Shown one piece after another: positions 1-9,641 of a stretch of DNA of 47,777 nt (within the stretch, counting starts at the first letter, position 1; each line of letters starts with the position of its first letter). Source of the stretch: Flavobacteriales bacterium (GTDB taxonomy: Bacteria > Bacteroidota > Bacteroidia > Palsa-965); contig NSIF01000006.1 of NCBI GenBank assembly GCA_002737665.1, forward strand, positions 1 through 47,777, in the 5' to 3' direction. Made by a program: the position numbers and the translations under genes. The notes under the pieces are model-generated. The model made no database searches, was not told where the DNA came from, and saw nothing but the letters and a program-made list of their open reading frames with translations.

Positions 1-1599
1 GGAAGTAAAATTGCCCAGTTCAAAGCGCATGGGCTTACGGATGTAGGTAAACCACTTCACCTATTAGTGCTTTCAGTTGATGGTAAGTTTGATCCTGCTA
101 GTAATGTTTCCAAAACGAAAATATTAATCAATAATGGAATTCATCCTGGAGAACCAGATGGCATTGATGCTTGTATTGAATTGACAAGAAAACTATTGGC
201 CAATCCTGAATTGCTTCCGGCTAATGTGGTAATTTGTATCATCCCTGTGTATAATATTGATGGTTGTCTAAACAGAGGAAGTACAAGTCGTGTAAATCAA
301 AACGGTCCAATTGAATATGGCTTTCGTGGAAATGCTAAAAATCTTGATCTTAATAGAGATTTTATTAAGTGCGATGCTAGCAATACAATTTCGTTTGAAA
401 AAATATTTCAGGCTTGGAAGCCAGATGTTTTTATTGATACGCATGTTTCTAATGGCGCCGATTATCAATATGTAATGACTTTAGTTGAGTCGCAACGCAA
501 TAAAATGAATGCTATTGTTTCCGATTTTGTAAGTAAGGAAATGGTTCCTGCGCTATACATGTCGATGAAAGAAAAAAAACTGGAGATGTGTCCTTATGTA
601 GAATTGCTTGGTGAAACTCCAGCTACTGGCATTAAAGGTTTTTTGGAAACACCTCGGTTTTCTACGGGTTATTCATCACTTTTTAATTGCATCAGTTTTA
701 TTACGGAAACACACATGTGGAAAGCTTATAACGATAGAGTTTGGGCCACTTATGAATTTCTTTTTTCGATGATAGCATTTTGTGAAGATAGGGGAGTAGC
801 TATTAAAAAAGTACATAAGGAAGCAGATCAAAGTGTATCCATTCAAAAAGAATTTTCCTTGAATTGGAGCTTAGATACCACAAAATTTGAATGGATTAGT
901 TTTAATGGTTTTGAGGCGAAACATAAATTGTCACTTATATCTGGTAAGTCGAGATTGTATTATGATCGAAATGCTCCTTATGCTCGACCAGTAAAGTTTT
1001 ATAACACTTATTTTTCTACAACTAAGGTAACAGCACCTGCAATTTACATTCTACCACAGGCTTATGTAGCTGTTGTTGAACGTTTGCAATTAAATGGAGT
1101 TATTACTCAACGCTTGAGCAAAGACACGATAATGAATGTGTCGGTATATTATATTGAAGGTCACGAAACATCTAAAAATCCTTATGAAGCGCATTATTTA
1201 CATACAGGAACAAAAGTTCGGTATGATACACAACGCATTCAGTATTTTAAGGGTGATTATGTAATTCGCACTAATCAAATTTCGAATCGATACATTGTTG
1301 AAACTTTAGAGCCGGAAGGTGGTGATAGTTTTTTTGCTTGGAATTTTTTTGATGGAATCCTTCAGCAAAAAGAGTGGTTCAGCGACTATATTTTTGAGGA
1401 TTTGGCGGATAGTATTTTGAAAAGTAATTCCACTTTAAGTTACCAATTTTATACGAAACAAAAAGAAGATACTTTATTCGCGAATGATCATTATGCGCAA
1501 CTAAGTTTTATTTACAATAATTCTTCTTTTATGGAAAAATCTTTTAACCGTTATCCGGTTGCACGATTGAATAAATTCCTTAAACTTCCGATTGAATAA
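1..1599 (+). CDS. M14-family zinc carboxypeptidase-like protein, 5'-truncated by the window edge
   Basis: Frame is open from base 1 (GSKIAQFKAHGLTDVGKPLHLLV...). M14 motifs GIHPGEPDG, NIDG, DLNRDF and FIDTH are present. Confidence 0.85.
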   Translation, partial: GSKIAQFKAHGLTDVGKPLHLLVLSVDGKFDPASNVSKTKILINNGIHPGEPDGIDACIELTRKLLANPELLPANVVICIIPVYNIDGCLNRGSTSRVNQNGPIEYGFRGNAKNLDLNRDFIKCDASNTISFEKIFQAWKPDVFIDTHVSNGADYQYVMTLVESQRNKMNAIVSDFVSKEMVPALYMSMKEKKLEMCPYVELLGETPATGIKGFLETPRFSTGYSSLFNCISFITETHMWKAYNDRVWATYEFLFSMIAFCEDRGVAIKKVHKEADQSVSIQKEFSLNWSLDTTKFEWISFNGFEAKHKLSLISGKSRLYYDRNAPYARPVKFYNTYFSTTKVTAPAIYILPQAYVAVVERLQLNGVITQRLSKDTIMNVSVYYIEGHETSKNPYEAHYLHTGTKVRYDTQRIQYFKGDYVIRTNQISNRYIVETLEPEGGDSFFAWNFFDGILQQKEWFSDYIFEDLADSILKSNSTLSYQFYTKQKEDTLFANDHYAQLSFIYNNSSFMEKSFNRYPVARLNKFLKLPIE

Positions 1600-2033
1600 T
1601 GAAAAAATATAATGTAAGAGTTTACGGTTTAATTATTCTTGATGGTAAAATTCTTATTACCGATGAATTTCGTGGAGGGATGCGCATGACAAAATTTCCT
1701 GGTGGCGGTAATGAGTGGGGGGAAGGTTTATTGGAAACGCTTTACCGTGAGTGCAGAGAAGAACTTTTTCAGGAACCAATTTTTACTGAACATTTCTATA
1801 CATCTGATTTTTTTGTTGCTTCTAATTTTAACACCAACGATCAGCTTATTAGTATATATTATAAAGCGACCATTCCTTTTCCAGAAAAATTAACTACTAC
1901 TGAAATACCTTTTGATTTTCCAGAAGAAAAAGACGGTGCGCAAGTATTTAGGTGGGTTGACTTGAGTCAGATAAATCCCGATCAATTTACATTCCCTATT
2001 GATAAAAAAGTGGTCGAACTATTAGGTAAGTAA
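1599..2033 (+). CDS. NUDIX hydrolase
   Basis: Nudix box FPGGGNEWGEGLLETLYRECREEL. TAATG stop/start overlap with the upstream gene. Confidence 0.9.
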   Translation: MKKYNVRVYGLIILDGKILITDEFRGGMRMTKFPGGGNEWGEGLLETLYRECREELFQEPIFTEHFYTSDFFVASNFNTNDQLISIYYKATIPFPEKLTTTEIPFDFPEEKDGAQVFRWVDLSQINPDQFTFPIDKKVVELLGK

Positions 2034-2044
2034 TTACTATTTTT

Positions 2045-2893
2045 TTATTTAATAATTATTTTTTGTGTACTAAGGGAAGCTCCGTTTTCCAATTGAATTA
2101 AATATACACCACTCGGAATTTCTGGAATTTGAACTTCTATAGTTGGTGTATTGCCAATTGATTGTTGTAGTTGTGTAATTTCAATCATTTGTCCACTCAT
2201 TGAAAATAATTGAACGCTCGCTTTCTCATTCTCAAGTGCAGTATATGTTACCGAGATGTGATCTTGCGCTGGATTTGGGTAAACAGAAAAGCTGATATTA
2301 TTCTGTGTGTTTGATAAGATTCCATTTGTTGCGGGCATTACCAACTGTGATGTGGAGTAAATGTGATCACCAGAGGTTATTAAATTACCATTTGCTGCAT
2401 TTCCAGTTACATAAAATGTAACATCACCTATATTCGTACTTGGTGCAGTCCAATTAAAAGAGAAAGTGTGCGAGTTTGCAGTATTTCCACCATTCAAAGT
2501 ATGCACCATATTTTTCCGAACAACACTTGAAACTGTTGCGTTTAATATTTGAGTTTGAGAGTTAGTTACAATTAGTGTTCCAGCATTTTGGTTTGTACTG
2601 CTTAGGCATTCGCAATCAAATCCGAAAAGAGAATTCCCCGTACGTGAAACATTAACGTCAATTGAATAGGTTTGGCCGGGTGTGTATTGCCAATTGATTA
2701 AATCTGTTGAACTGATTGTTACTAAACCTGTACCATCATTTAATACTGATCCTGTGTGACATCCGGTACAAGTACCTTCTCCTGGAGAACCAGTTTTCCC
2801 AGCTTTACCACTATCACTAAGTAAATCAAATCCTGAATTTATCGAAATAATTGTTATCCCCATTAAAAGAATTATGATTTTTGATTTTCTCAT
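2045..2893 (-). CDS. Secreted Reeler-like (choice-of-anchor V type) protein with a CxxCH heme motif and a T9SS type A sorting domain
   Basis: Signal peptide; GSPGEGTCTGCH; YTPGQTY..., FNWTAP...GDVTFY; C-terminal VYPNPAQD...SGVYLIQ...KIIIK. Confidence 0.8.
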   Translation of the reverse strand: MRKSKIIILLMGITIISINSGFDLLSDSGKAGKTGSPGEGTCTGCHTGSVLNDGTGLVTISSTDLINWQYTPGQTYSIDVNVSRTGNSLFGFDCECLSSTNQNAGTLIVTNSQTQILNATVSSVVRKNMVHTLNGGNTANSHTFSFNWTAPSTNIGDVTFYVTGNAANGNLITSGDHIYSTSQLVMPATNGILSNTQNNISFSVYPNPAQDHISVTYTALENEKASVQLFSMSGQMIEITQLQQSIGNTPTIEVQIPEIPSGVYLIQLENGASLSTQKIIIK

Positions 2894-2902
2894 TTTGATT
2901 TT

Positions 2903-3838
2903 TTAAGTAGTTGATTTATTTTTATGTTTAATTGCAAACACACGTGAAATGTTAAACCCAAGACGGATATTACCTTTTAACCAATCACTTTTGGTGTAAG
3001 GTATGTATTGCACTTCGTTCATTCCAAATTGATTCGTAAAATGGAATTGAAAAACGTGTCCTCCAGTTTCGAGATCAAATCCAATTCCTAAAGGATCATG
3101 AAATGTTTCCTTTTTACTAGTATAATTTCCAATACGATATGCGTATTCAAACGTGACTGCAAAACGTTTTGATATTTTATAGCGACCAGAAATACCTGTC
3201 GCAAAAATATCATTTTTATCGGATGCGAAATCAACTATATTGTAATGAATGTAAAACTCATTTAATTCTAATGTTAATCTTTGATTTATTTTTCTTCCAA
3301 TAATCAAGCAAGTAGCATAAGAAATTCGATTCACTGGATATCTATATTTATCAATTCCGGTGAATGCATTATTAGGATCTTTAAGAAAAGTATAATTCAT
3401 AGCACTTTGTAAGGTTACCGAAATAGGAATATGGTTATCCGTTGTTTGTCTTAGCATTTTTATTTTAAATGACGCATCGGCTAATTTTTCGTCGGACGTT
3501 CTTCCAATACCAACCATCAACCAATCAGTGATTCCATAATCTAATGATAAACGAATGCATGCATCACCATCTAATCCAAATGCATTGTATGCGGGATTTC
3601 CATTTCCATTTGCAAATTCCCCAAATCGATGTGCGATTCTAAAGTCCATGGCATTTTTACCCATTGTTTCCATAGTGGGAAAATTAATTACACGCGTGGC
3701 TTTAAATGATGCGGATGTAAACTCATGTGTTGGTTTGCCCAAATAATCTAGACTATCTGCCATTCTTTGCATTACATCATCTTGAGCTATTGACCGCTGG
3801 CTTACAAGTAATAAAAAAACTAAAAATATTTTTTTCAT
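2903..3838 (-). CDS. Outer-membrane beta-barrel protein, DUF5777-like
   Basis: Signal peptide; FKATRVIN, DFRIAHRFG, FGLD, GFDLETGGHVFQFHFTN and C-terminal GFNISRVF, recalled as typical of this Bacteroidota family. Confidence 0.8.
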   Translation of the reverse strand: MKKIFLVFLLLVSQRSIAQDDVMQRMADSLDYLGKPTHEFTSASFKATRVINFPTMETMGKNAMDFRIAHRFGEFANGNGNPAYNAFGLDGDACIRLSLDYGITDWLMVGIGRTSDEKLADASFKIKMLRQTTDNHIPISVTLQSAMNYTFLKDPNNAFTGIDKYRYPVNRISYATCLIIGRKINQRLTLELNEFYIHYNIVDFASDKNDIFATGISGRYKISKRFAVTFEYAYRIGNYTSKKETFHDPLGIGFDLETGGHVFQFHFTNQFGMNEVQYIPYTKSDWLKGNIRLGFNISRVFAIKHKNKSTT

Positions 3839-3851
3839 TTAAAAGTTCTAA

Positions 3852-4229
3852 TTAATTGTTAAGCGCCCCAGCAGTAATCCATATTTCAAATTGTCGTATT
3901 TGACATTGGTTAAGTTGAAAATTTTGTGGCATTTGGCTCCAACCACCACTTCCTTCCAAATGACCAAGCAATTCATTGTTAGTCAGTGCATATTGTTGTA
4001 AGGAAGCGTGTGTGTCAATGCGGAAACTACTGGAAGGAGCTGTTCCAGAATGACAGGAAAAACAATAGTTTTCCATTAATGGCAAAATATGGTTTGAATA
4101 TGAAATTGTAGATACAGTATCGCATGGGGTAAACAAATCAGCACCTACATAAAGTTCGCTAAGTTTATCTTTATAGCAAGCTGTAAATAGTGTAGAAAAA
4201 AGAAGAAATACTAAAAATATTTTTCTCAT
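3852..4229 (-). CDS. Monoheme cytochrome c lipoprotein
   Basis: Lipobox FTAC; CFSCH heme motif; distal Met in QMPQ; C-terminal WITAGA. Confidence 0.8.
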   Translation of the reverse strand: MRKIFLVFLLFSTLFTACYKDKLSELYVGADLFTPCDTVSTISYSNHILPLMENYCFSCHSGTAPSSSFRIDTHASLQQYALTNNELLGHLEGSGGWSQMPQNFQLNQCQIRQFEIWITAGALNN

Positions 4230-4235
4230 GCTAAC

Positions 4236-4610
4236 CTAATTGTCTTTTGCTCCTTGTGCAATCCAAACATAAATAGAATTAATATTTTTAGTACTCAAAG
4301 TTAGGTATGGATCTTTTGGCATTTTATCTTCTGTTGAAGAACTGATAAGCGTTTTATATAACTTACTGTTTTTCGGATTGCCAGGAATGATATATTCTGG
4401 GTTACTAATTTCATCGTAGGTAATTAATGGGAATGCACTACCATAAGTTAATTGTCCATGACAGCCTGCGTGTTGGCAGCTATTTGTAATGATTGGACGA
4501 ATAACTGTGTCAAAACTTATTTGCTGATTTGGAATTATTGGCTCATGCGTGCAGGAGCTTAAATAGAGAGCAGAAAAAACAAGTAAAATATATATCCTAT
4601 TTTTTAGCAT
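4236..4610 (-). CDS. Cytochrome c-like lipoprotein with an atypical CX4CH motif
   Basis: Lipobox LSSC; CQHAGCH; PGNPKNSKLY; KMPK; WIAQGA, resembling planctomycete-type cytochrome c domains. Confidence 0.75.
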   Translation of the reverse strand: MLKNRIYILLVFSALYLSSCTHEPIIPNQQISFDTVIRPIITNSCQHAGCHGQLTYGSAFPLITYDEISNPEYIIPGNPKNSKLYKTLISSSTEDKMPKDPYLTLSTKNINSIYVWIAQGAKDN

Positions 4611-4624
4611 AAAATTTTATAGAG

Positions 4625-4632
4625 TAAAGGTA
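4625..4632 (-). promoter_or_regulatory. Bacteroidota -7 promoter box variant (TACCTTTA) for the heme-c operon
   Basis: Near match to TAnnTTTG, 14 nt upstream of the 4610 start. Confidence 0.45.
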
Positions 4633-4700
4633 AGTATTATTTTATGTGTATAAATTGATATTTTAGATGCTAAAAAAGACTTTTATGTTAAATTTTGATA

Positions 4701-5405
4701 TCAGTAGGAGCGTATTCTTGTGAATACTGTTGACAATGTTACTTTCAGCATGTAGTAAATTGCAGCTGCTGTATTAATGGAGGAAATTCCGCCCTGCCGT
4801 TCCCGCATTTGTACTTGCACTTCTCCAATTCGAAGTTTATTTTTTGAATACAATACAATTGATTCTGGTTCTGGGTATTCATCTGGATAATAATTATTTA
4901 CTATAGCAATCGCCTTTTTATTTAGCAATCTAAATCCGGAAGTAGTATCGTAAATTTCAAATCCAGTCAATAATTTGTTAAGACGCGAAAAATATTTTAT
5001 TCCGATTCTTCTACTTCTGGTGGATTGGAAACCGTCATTACGGAGGTACCGTGATCCAATTGTTATATCCCAATTATTTTCAGCAGCCCCTGCTATAATT
5101 TTTGAAAGCTCTGAAGCTGGGTGTTGTCCATCACCATCTACTTGAATTGCAAAGTCAAAATTATTTTGAAATGCGAACTTAAAACCTGTTTGCATTGCAC
5201 CGCCAATACCAAGATTGATTGGAAGATGAAGGGCAATGCAAGGGAGTAAATCAATTATATGTGCTGTGTCATCGGTTGAGCAATCATTTACAACAATAAT
5301 AGTGAGTAGCAGTCGTTCTGCTTTTGCAATTGCTATTAATTCCTCCACAACATTTTTTATGTTTTTAGATTCATTGTATGCGGGAACTATAATAGCAATT
5401 TTCAT
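4701..5405 (-). CDS. GT2 glycosyltransferase, DPM1-like
   Basis: IIVPAYNE, VNDCSTD, NLGIGGA, VDGDGQH, IGSR, DTTSGFR. Confidence 0.9.
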   Translation of the reverse strand: MKIAIIVPAYNESKNIKNVVEELIAIAKAERLLLTIIVVNDCSTDDTAHIIDLLPCIALHLPINLGIGGAMQTGFKFAFQNNFDFAIQVDGDGQHPASELSKIIAGAAENNWDITIGSRYLRNDGFQSTRSRRIGIKYFSRLNKLLTGFEIYDTTSGFRLLNKKAIAIVNNYYPDEYPEPESIVLYSKNKLRIGEVQVQMRERQGGISSINTAAAIYYMLKVTLSTVFTRIRSY

Positions 5406-5687
5406 ATTCTTACGCGGTGATATATCTTTTGAAATTTCGGTGTGATCATTATAGAATACATTTTATAGTACTTAAAACTAAATCGAATAAGGGATTTATG
5501 TTAAAATAGTCAAATTTAGTTATATAAATACAATTTTTAACGGCTTATTTTTTAGACTCACCGACGATATATTGGCCTTTAAATTATTTTTTAAATAATG
5601 ATAATATTCTATTGTAAGAACGAAAAATTCCTTATATCTTTACTATACAGACATTAATTAAATTTTTTATACAAGCAGATCGATTGA

Positions 5688-7895
5688 ATGAAAACGATAG
5701 CAAGAGAGTCAATAACATTAACTGACGAGTTACAAAAATATTTTGGGTTTAATAAATTCAAAGGTGAGCAAGAGGCGGTAATCAATAGTGTTCTTGAAAA
5801 GAAAGACACTTTTGTAATTATGCCAACTGGGGGTGGAAAGTCGCTTTGTTACCAATTACCAGCATTGTTAAGCAGTGGTGTAGCAATTATTGTTTCACCT
5901 CTAATTGCATTGATGAAAAATCAGGTGGATGCCATTCGTAACCATGGTTCTGAAGATGGGGTAGCACATTTTTTAAATTCTTCACTCAACAAATCAGAGA
6001 TTATTCAAGTAAAAAAAGATATTAAAGATGGCATAACGAAATTGCTTTATGTTTCACCTGAATCTTTGACAAAAGAGGAAAATATAATATTTTTTAAAGA
6101 AATAAAAATTTCATTTTTTGCTATTGATGAAGCACATTGTATTTCTGAGTGGGGGCATGATTTCCGTCCTGAGTATCGTCGACTGCGTGAAATTATTGAA
6201 GCTATTGGTAGCGTTTCTATCATAGCTTTAACAGCAACTGCTACGCCAAAAGTTCAACAAGATATTATCAAAACCTTAGCGATGACTAAGGCAAATGTTT
6301 TTAAAACATCCTTTAATCGTGCTAATCTTTATTATGAGGTAAGGCCTAAGGTGAATGTAGCGATAGAGATTGTGAAGTTCATTAAAAAAAATATTGGTAA
6401 GTCGGGCATCGTATATTGCTTGAGTCGGAAAAAGGTTGAAGAGATTGCTGAGTTTCTTCAGGTAAATGGCATCAAAGCACTTCCATACCATGCAGGACTT
6501 GATGCACAAACTCGTGTAAAAACACAAGATGATTTTTTGATGGAAGAAATTGATGTGATTGTTGCAACAATTGCATTTGGAATGGGAATTGATAAGCCGG
6601 ATGTTCGATTTGTAATTCACCACGATGTTCCTAAATCATTAGAAGGGTATTACCAGGAAACTGGTCGTGCAGGTCGCGATGGAGGAGAAGGGCAATGTTT
6701 ATCTTTCTATGCATTCGCTGATATTCAAAAGTTAGAAAAGTTTATGAAAGGGAAACCTGTTGCCGAAGTGGAGATAGGTAAACAACTTTTGTTAGAAACT
6801 GTTGCCTTTGCTGAGTCTTCTGCCTGTCGTCGTAAAGTGTTATTAAATTATTTCGGCGAAACATATAGACAGGAAAATTGCGGCAGTTGTGATAATTGCA
6901 AAAACCCTAAAGTTAAAATTGATGCTACCGATGATATTTTAATGGTTGTTGATACAGTCATTGATGTAAAAGAAAAATTTAAATCGAAATATATCATTCA
7001 AGTTTTATTGGGCGATGTTACTCCATTGGTTTCATCTTACAAGCATGATAATTTAGAGGTTTTTGGCAAAGGGGATGTAGAAGGGAAAGACGAGGCACAT
7101 TGGAATTCAGTTATACGAACAGCTTTGTTGGAAGGGTTTTTATCTAAAGACATTGACAATTATGGTTTATTAAAGGTTACTAAAGAAGGTAAATCTTTTC
7201 TTGAAAAGCCGCATCCAGTTTTTGTGACACGTGACCATGATTATACAGGTGCCGAAAGTGATGATGATGATGATGTGGATGGTGGTAAAACTGGTGCAGG
7301 GTCCGACCCTGTGCTCTTTACTTTGTTGAAAGATCTTGTAAAGCAAGTTGCTCGCCAAAAAAATCTTCCTCCATATGTAATTTTTCAAGAAACTTCATTG
7401 GATGAAATGGCAATTCAATATCCAATTAACATGGATGAGATGACCCGCATCTCAGGTGTAGGGCCGGGAAAAGCTGCTAAATTTGGAAAGCAATTCATCG
7501 ACCTTATTGCGAAATATGTGGATGAAAATGAAATAGAACGCCCACAGGATTTAGTGGTCAAGTCTGTTATTAATAAATCAGGTTTGAAAGTTCATATCAT
7601 TCAGAGTATTGATCGTAAATTAGATTTGGAAGATGTTGCTGCCGCAAAACGATTGAAATTGGATGATTTGATTTCTGAAATTGAAACTATCGTACTTTCA
7701 GGAACTAAAATAAATATCAGTTATTATATTGACAGTATGATGGATGCTGATAAACAAGAAGAAATTATAGACTATTTCAAAGAGTCAGAATCTGATTCCC
7801 TTGAAGATGCTATTGATGAATTGGGCGAAGAAGATTTTACGCAAGAGGAAATTCGATTGGTACGCATTAAATTTTTAAGTGAGTTTGGTAATTAG
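5688..7895 (+). CDS. recQ: ATP-dependent DNA helicase RecQ
   Basis: [45 protein letters not shown], Zn-binding CRR...CGSCDNC, RQC and HRDC (LPPYVIF) regions. Confidence 0.97.
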   Translation: MKTIARESITLTDELQKYFGFNKFKGEQEAVINSVLEKKDTFVIMPTGGGKSLCYQLPALLSSGVAIIVSPLIALMKNQVDAIRNHGSEDGVAHFLNSSLNKSEIIQVKKDIKDGITKLLYVSPESLTKEENIIFFKEIKISFFAIDEAHCISEWGHDFRPEYRRLREIIEAIGSVSIIALTATATPKVQQDIIKTLAMTKANVFKTSFNRANLYYEVRPKVNVAIEIVKFIKKNIGKSGIVYCLSRKKVEEIAEFLQVNGIKALPYHAGLDAQTRVKTQDDFLMEEIDVIVATIAFGMGIDKPDVRFVIHHDVPKSLEGYYQETGRAGRDGGEGQCLSFYAFADIQKLEKFMKGKPVAEVEIGKQLLLETVAFAESSACRRKVLLNYFGETYRQENCGSCDNCKNPKVKIDATDDILMVVDTVIDVKEKFKSKYIIQVLLGDVTPLVSSYKHDNLEVFGKGDVEGKDEAHWNSVIRTALLEGFLSKDIDNYGLLKVTKEGKSFLEKPHPVFVTRDHDYTGAESDDDDDVDGGKTGAGSDPVLFTLLKDLVKQVARQKNLPPYVIFQETSLDEMAIQYPINMDEMTRISGVGPGKAAKFGKQFIDLIAKYVDENEIERPQDLVVKSVINKSGLKVHIIQSIDRKLDLEDVAAAKRLKLDDLISEIETIVLSGTKINISYYIDSMMDADKQEEIIDYFKESESDSLEDAIDELGEEDFTQEEIRLVRIKFLSEFGN

Positions 7896-7979
7896 TCATT
7901 CCATGCTTCGATACGACTCGTCGGTTTAATTTTATTTTCAAATCATCTTTTTGGACGACGAGTCTACTCAGCATGACAA
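7895..7979. repeat. REP-like structured intergenic element, copy 1: GCTTCGATAC-[stem-loop]-TACTCAGCATGACAA
   Basis: Inner stem GACTCGTCG/CGACGAGTC around a ~32-nt AT-rich loop; outer CATGCT/AGCATG. Flanks are identical to the copy at 43089-43136. Confidence 0.75.
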
Positions 7980-7981
7980 AT

Positions 7982-8893
7982 TTATGATTGAGAAATTTGC
8001 CAAACAATCATCGACTGGTCATCACTTCCTGAAATTAATCCCTGCTCATTCCAAATTAGTCTATTCACTGAATTTTTATGTCCATCCTGCCCGTCTTTTC
8101 CGCAGCGCAGTAGTAAATTGAAATTTTCAGCATCCCAAATTTTCATCGACTTATCACGACTTGCTGTTGCGAATAGTTTTTTATCTGGACTAAATACAAT
8201 GTGATAAATTGCAAAATTGTGTGCAGGGATTTTAACAATGGACTTGAAATTATCTTTTGAATCCCATACATTTAAATGTGCATCACGACCTCCACTCAAT
8301 AAATATATTCCATTTGGATGCCAACAAACGGAATTCGCTGATAATCCATGTGCAACAAATGTTTGCACCTCTTCCATTTTTGGTAATGCATATATTTTTA
8401 TTGCACCATCTCCACATGTAACGGCGAGTAAATCTTCATTCGGATGTAAAGCAAAGCCGCGCACTTTTAAATTGGTGATTTTCTTTTGTTCGTTAATTGA
8501 AATTGTTTCTCCATCAAGAATGGTAAAAGTTCCGTCACCACTTGCTGCAAAAATTAAATTATGTTTTTTCGATATGGCTAAATCAAAAATTTGTCCATTA
8601 TTTAATTGAATTGTTCTTGCAATTATTTTATTTTCAATATCAATTTCATGCAACTTTCCGATGCCGTCACCTGCGAGTAGTATATTGTTTTCAGGTAAGT
8701 ACAAAAGGGAATAGACAGGTGCCGAAAATTCAATCGCAAAGTCTTTTTGTTGACCTGAAATCAAATCCCAGGCGCCAACAAATTTGTCGCTACTACCACT
8801 GTAAATAAGTGAGGTTTCATTTCCTTCACTTAAGCCGTAAACACCTCCTTGGTGGCCTCTGAAAACTATTTTTTGAGTTGCGGTAACGTTCAT
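7982..8893 (-). CDS. WD40-repeat beta-propeller protein
   Basis: Repeats GH...SGSSDKFVGAWD, AH...SGGRDAHLNVWD, AH...TASRDKSMKIWD, GH...SGSDDQSMIVW. Confidence 0.92.
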   Translation of the reverse strand: MNVTATQKIVFRGHQGGVYGLSEGNETSLIYSGSSDKFVGAWDLISGQQKDFAIEFSAPVYSLLYLPENNILLAGDGIGKLHEIDIENKIIARTIQLNNGQIFDLAISKKHNLIFAASGDGTFTILDGETISINEQKKITNLKVRGFALHPNEDLLAVTCGDGAIKIYALPKMEEVQTFVAHGLSANSVCWHPNGIYLLSGGRDAHLNVWDSKDNFKSIVKIPAHNFAIYHIVFSPDKKLFATASRDKSMKIWDAENFNLLLRCGKDGQDGHKNSVNRLIWNEQGLISGSDDQSMIVWQISQS

Positions 8894-8894
8894 T

Positions 8895-9461
8895 TTAACT
8901 AATTCTTTTTCTGATTATGTCTTCTACAACTTTTAGGAAATCTAATGGAGCTAATGTCCTCCATGGCATTTCATCTAATTGTCCGCCCCAATGTAAGTAC
9001 CAATCTATTCTGGCTTTTTTCATTTCAACTAATACATGTGGTTGGAAGTTAATAAGCGCAATCCAACCGTCTTCCACTTCCTCAAACCATTCTTGGTAGT
9101 AGGAATCATCAGAATAGTGAAAATTTAAAACATTTTCGCCAATAATTACAAACTTGTTTATGCCACTCAGTTGTAGTTCTTCAATAATATCACGTTTTAT
9201 GATCATGATATCGTTATTTAAAGTGTCATTCCATTCGCCGAGTAATTCAATAACGCAAAATTTACTTTCGACATCCACAAAAATTATCTTCATGTAGAGT
9301 GTAAGTGAACCAAATTCATCCCATTGGGGATGAATTAAATAATTGTACAATTGATTTGTAAATTCAAATTCACTGTATTCCCTTCCATAAAAGGGTGATT
9401 TTTCATCTTCTGCTGCATTGTACAAATGTCGCCAATTAAAGAATGGTTCTATGGAATGCAT
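8895..9461 (-). CDS. Conserved hypothetical protein
   Basis: 188-aa aromatic- and acidic-rich ORF (MHSIEPFFNWRHLY...IHPQWDEFGS) recalled as conserved in Bacteroidota. 1-bp gap to the WD40 gene. Confidence 0.75.
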   Translation of the reverse strand: MHSIEPFFNWRHLYNAAEDEKSPFYGREYSEFEFTNQLYNYLIHPQWDEFGSLTLYMKIIFVDVESKFCVIELLGEWNDTLNNDIMIIKRDIIEELQLSGINKFVIIGENVLNFHYSDDSYYQEWFEEVEDGWIALINFQPHVLVEMKKARIDWYLHWGGQLDEMPWRTLAPLDFLKVVEDIIRKRIS

Positions 9462-9505
9462 TTCTTAATTAATAATGTGCTGATTCATACTTAATATTTT
9501 TTTTT

Positions 9506-9614
9506 GCGTGAGGGATTGTAGCAGTTACCCCGCAGCTCACAAATTATTAATTTGATAAAAAAAATGCGAGGAGTAAAAGCGGAAAGCCCGATCTGAGGCA
9601 CGAAGGGCACGCCC
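9506..9614 (+). ncRNA. Structured RNA or repeat resembling the Flavo-1 motif
   Basis: GC-rich island GCGTGAGGGATTGTAGC...AGCGGAAAGCCCGA...GGGCACGCCC. Closing stem GCGTG/CACGC, with inner pairings TTAC/GTAA, CGCA/TGCG and CAAATTA/TAATTTG. Family identification is from memory. Confidence 0.55.
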
Positions 9615-9641
9615 GAATGATAATTATTAATTTCCACATTA

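Noticed and set aside
5402-5461. 19-aa minus-strand micro-ORF overlapping the GT2 start (ATGA)
   Set aside because: Too short and lacks independent support.
7260-7274. (GAT)5 microsatellite in recQ
   Set aside because: It is an in-frame poly-Asp linker before the HRDC domain, not a phase-variation tract.
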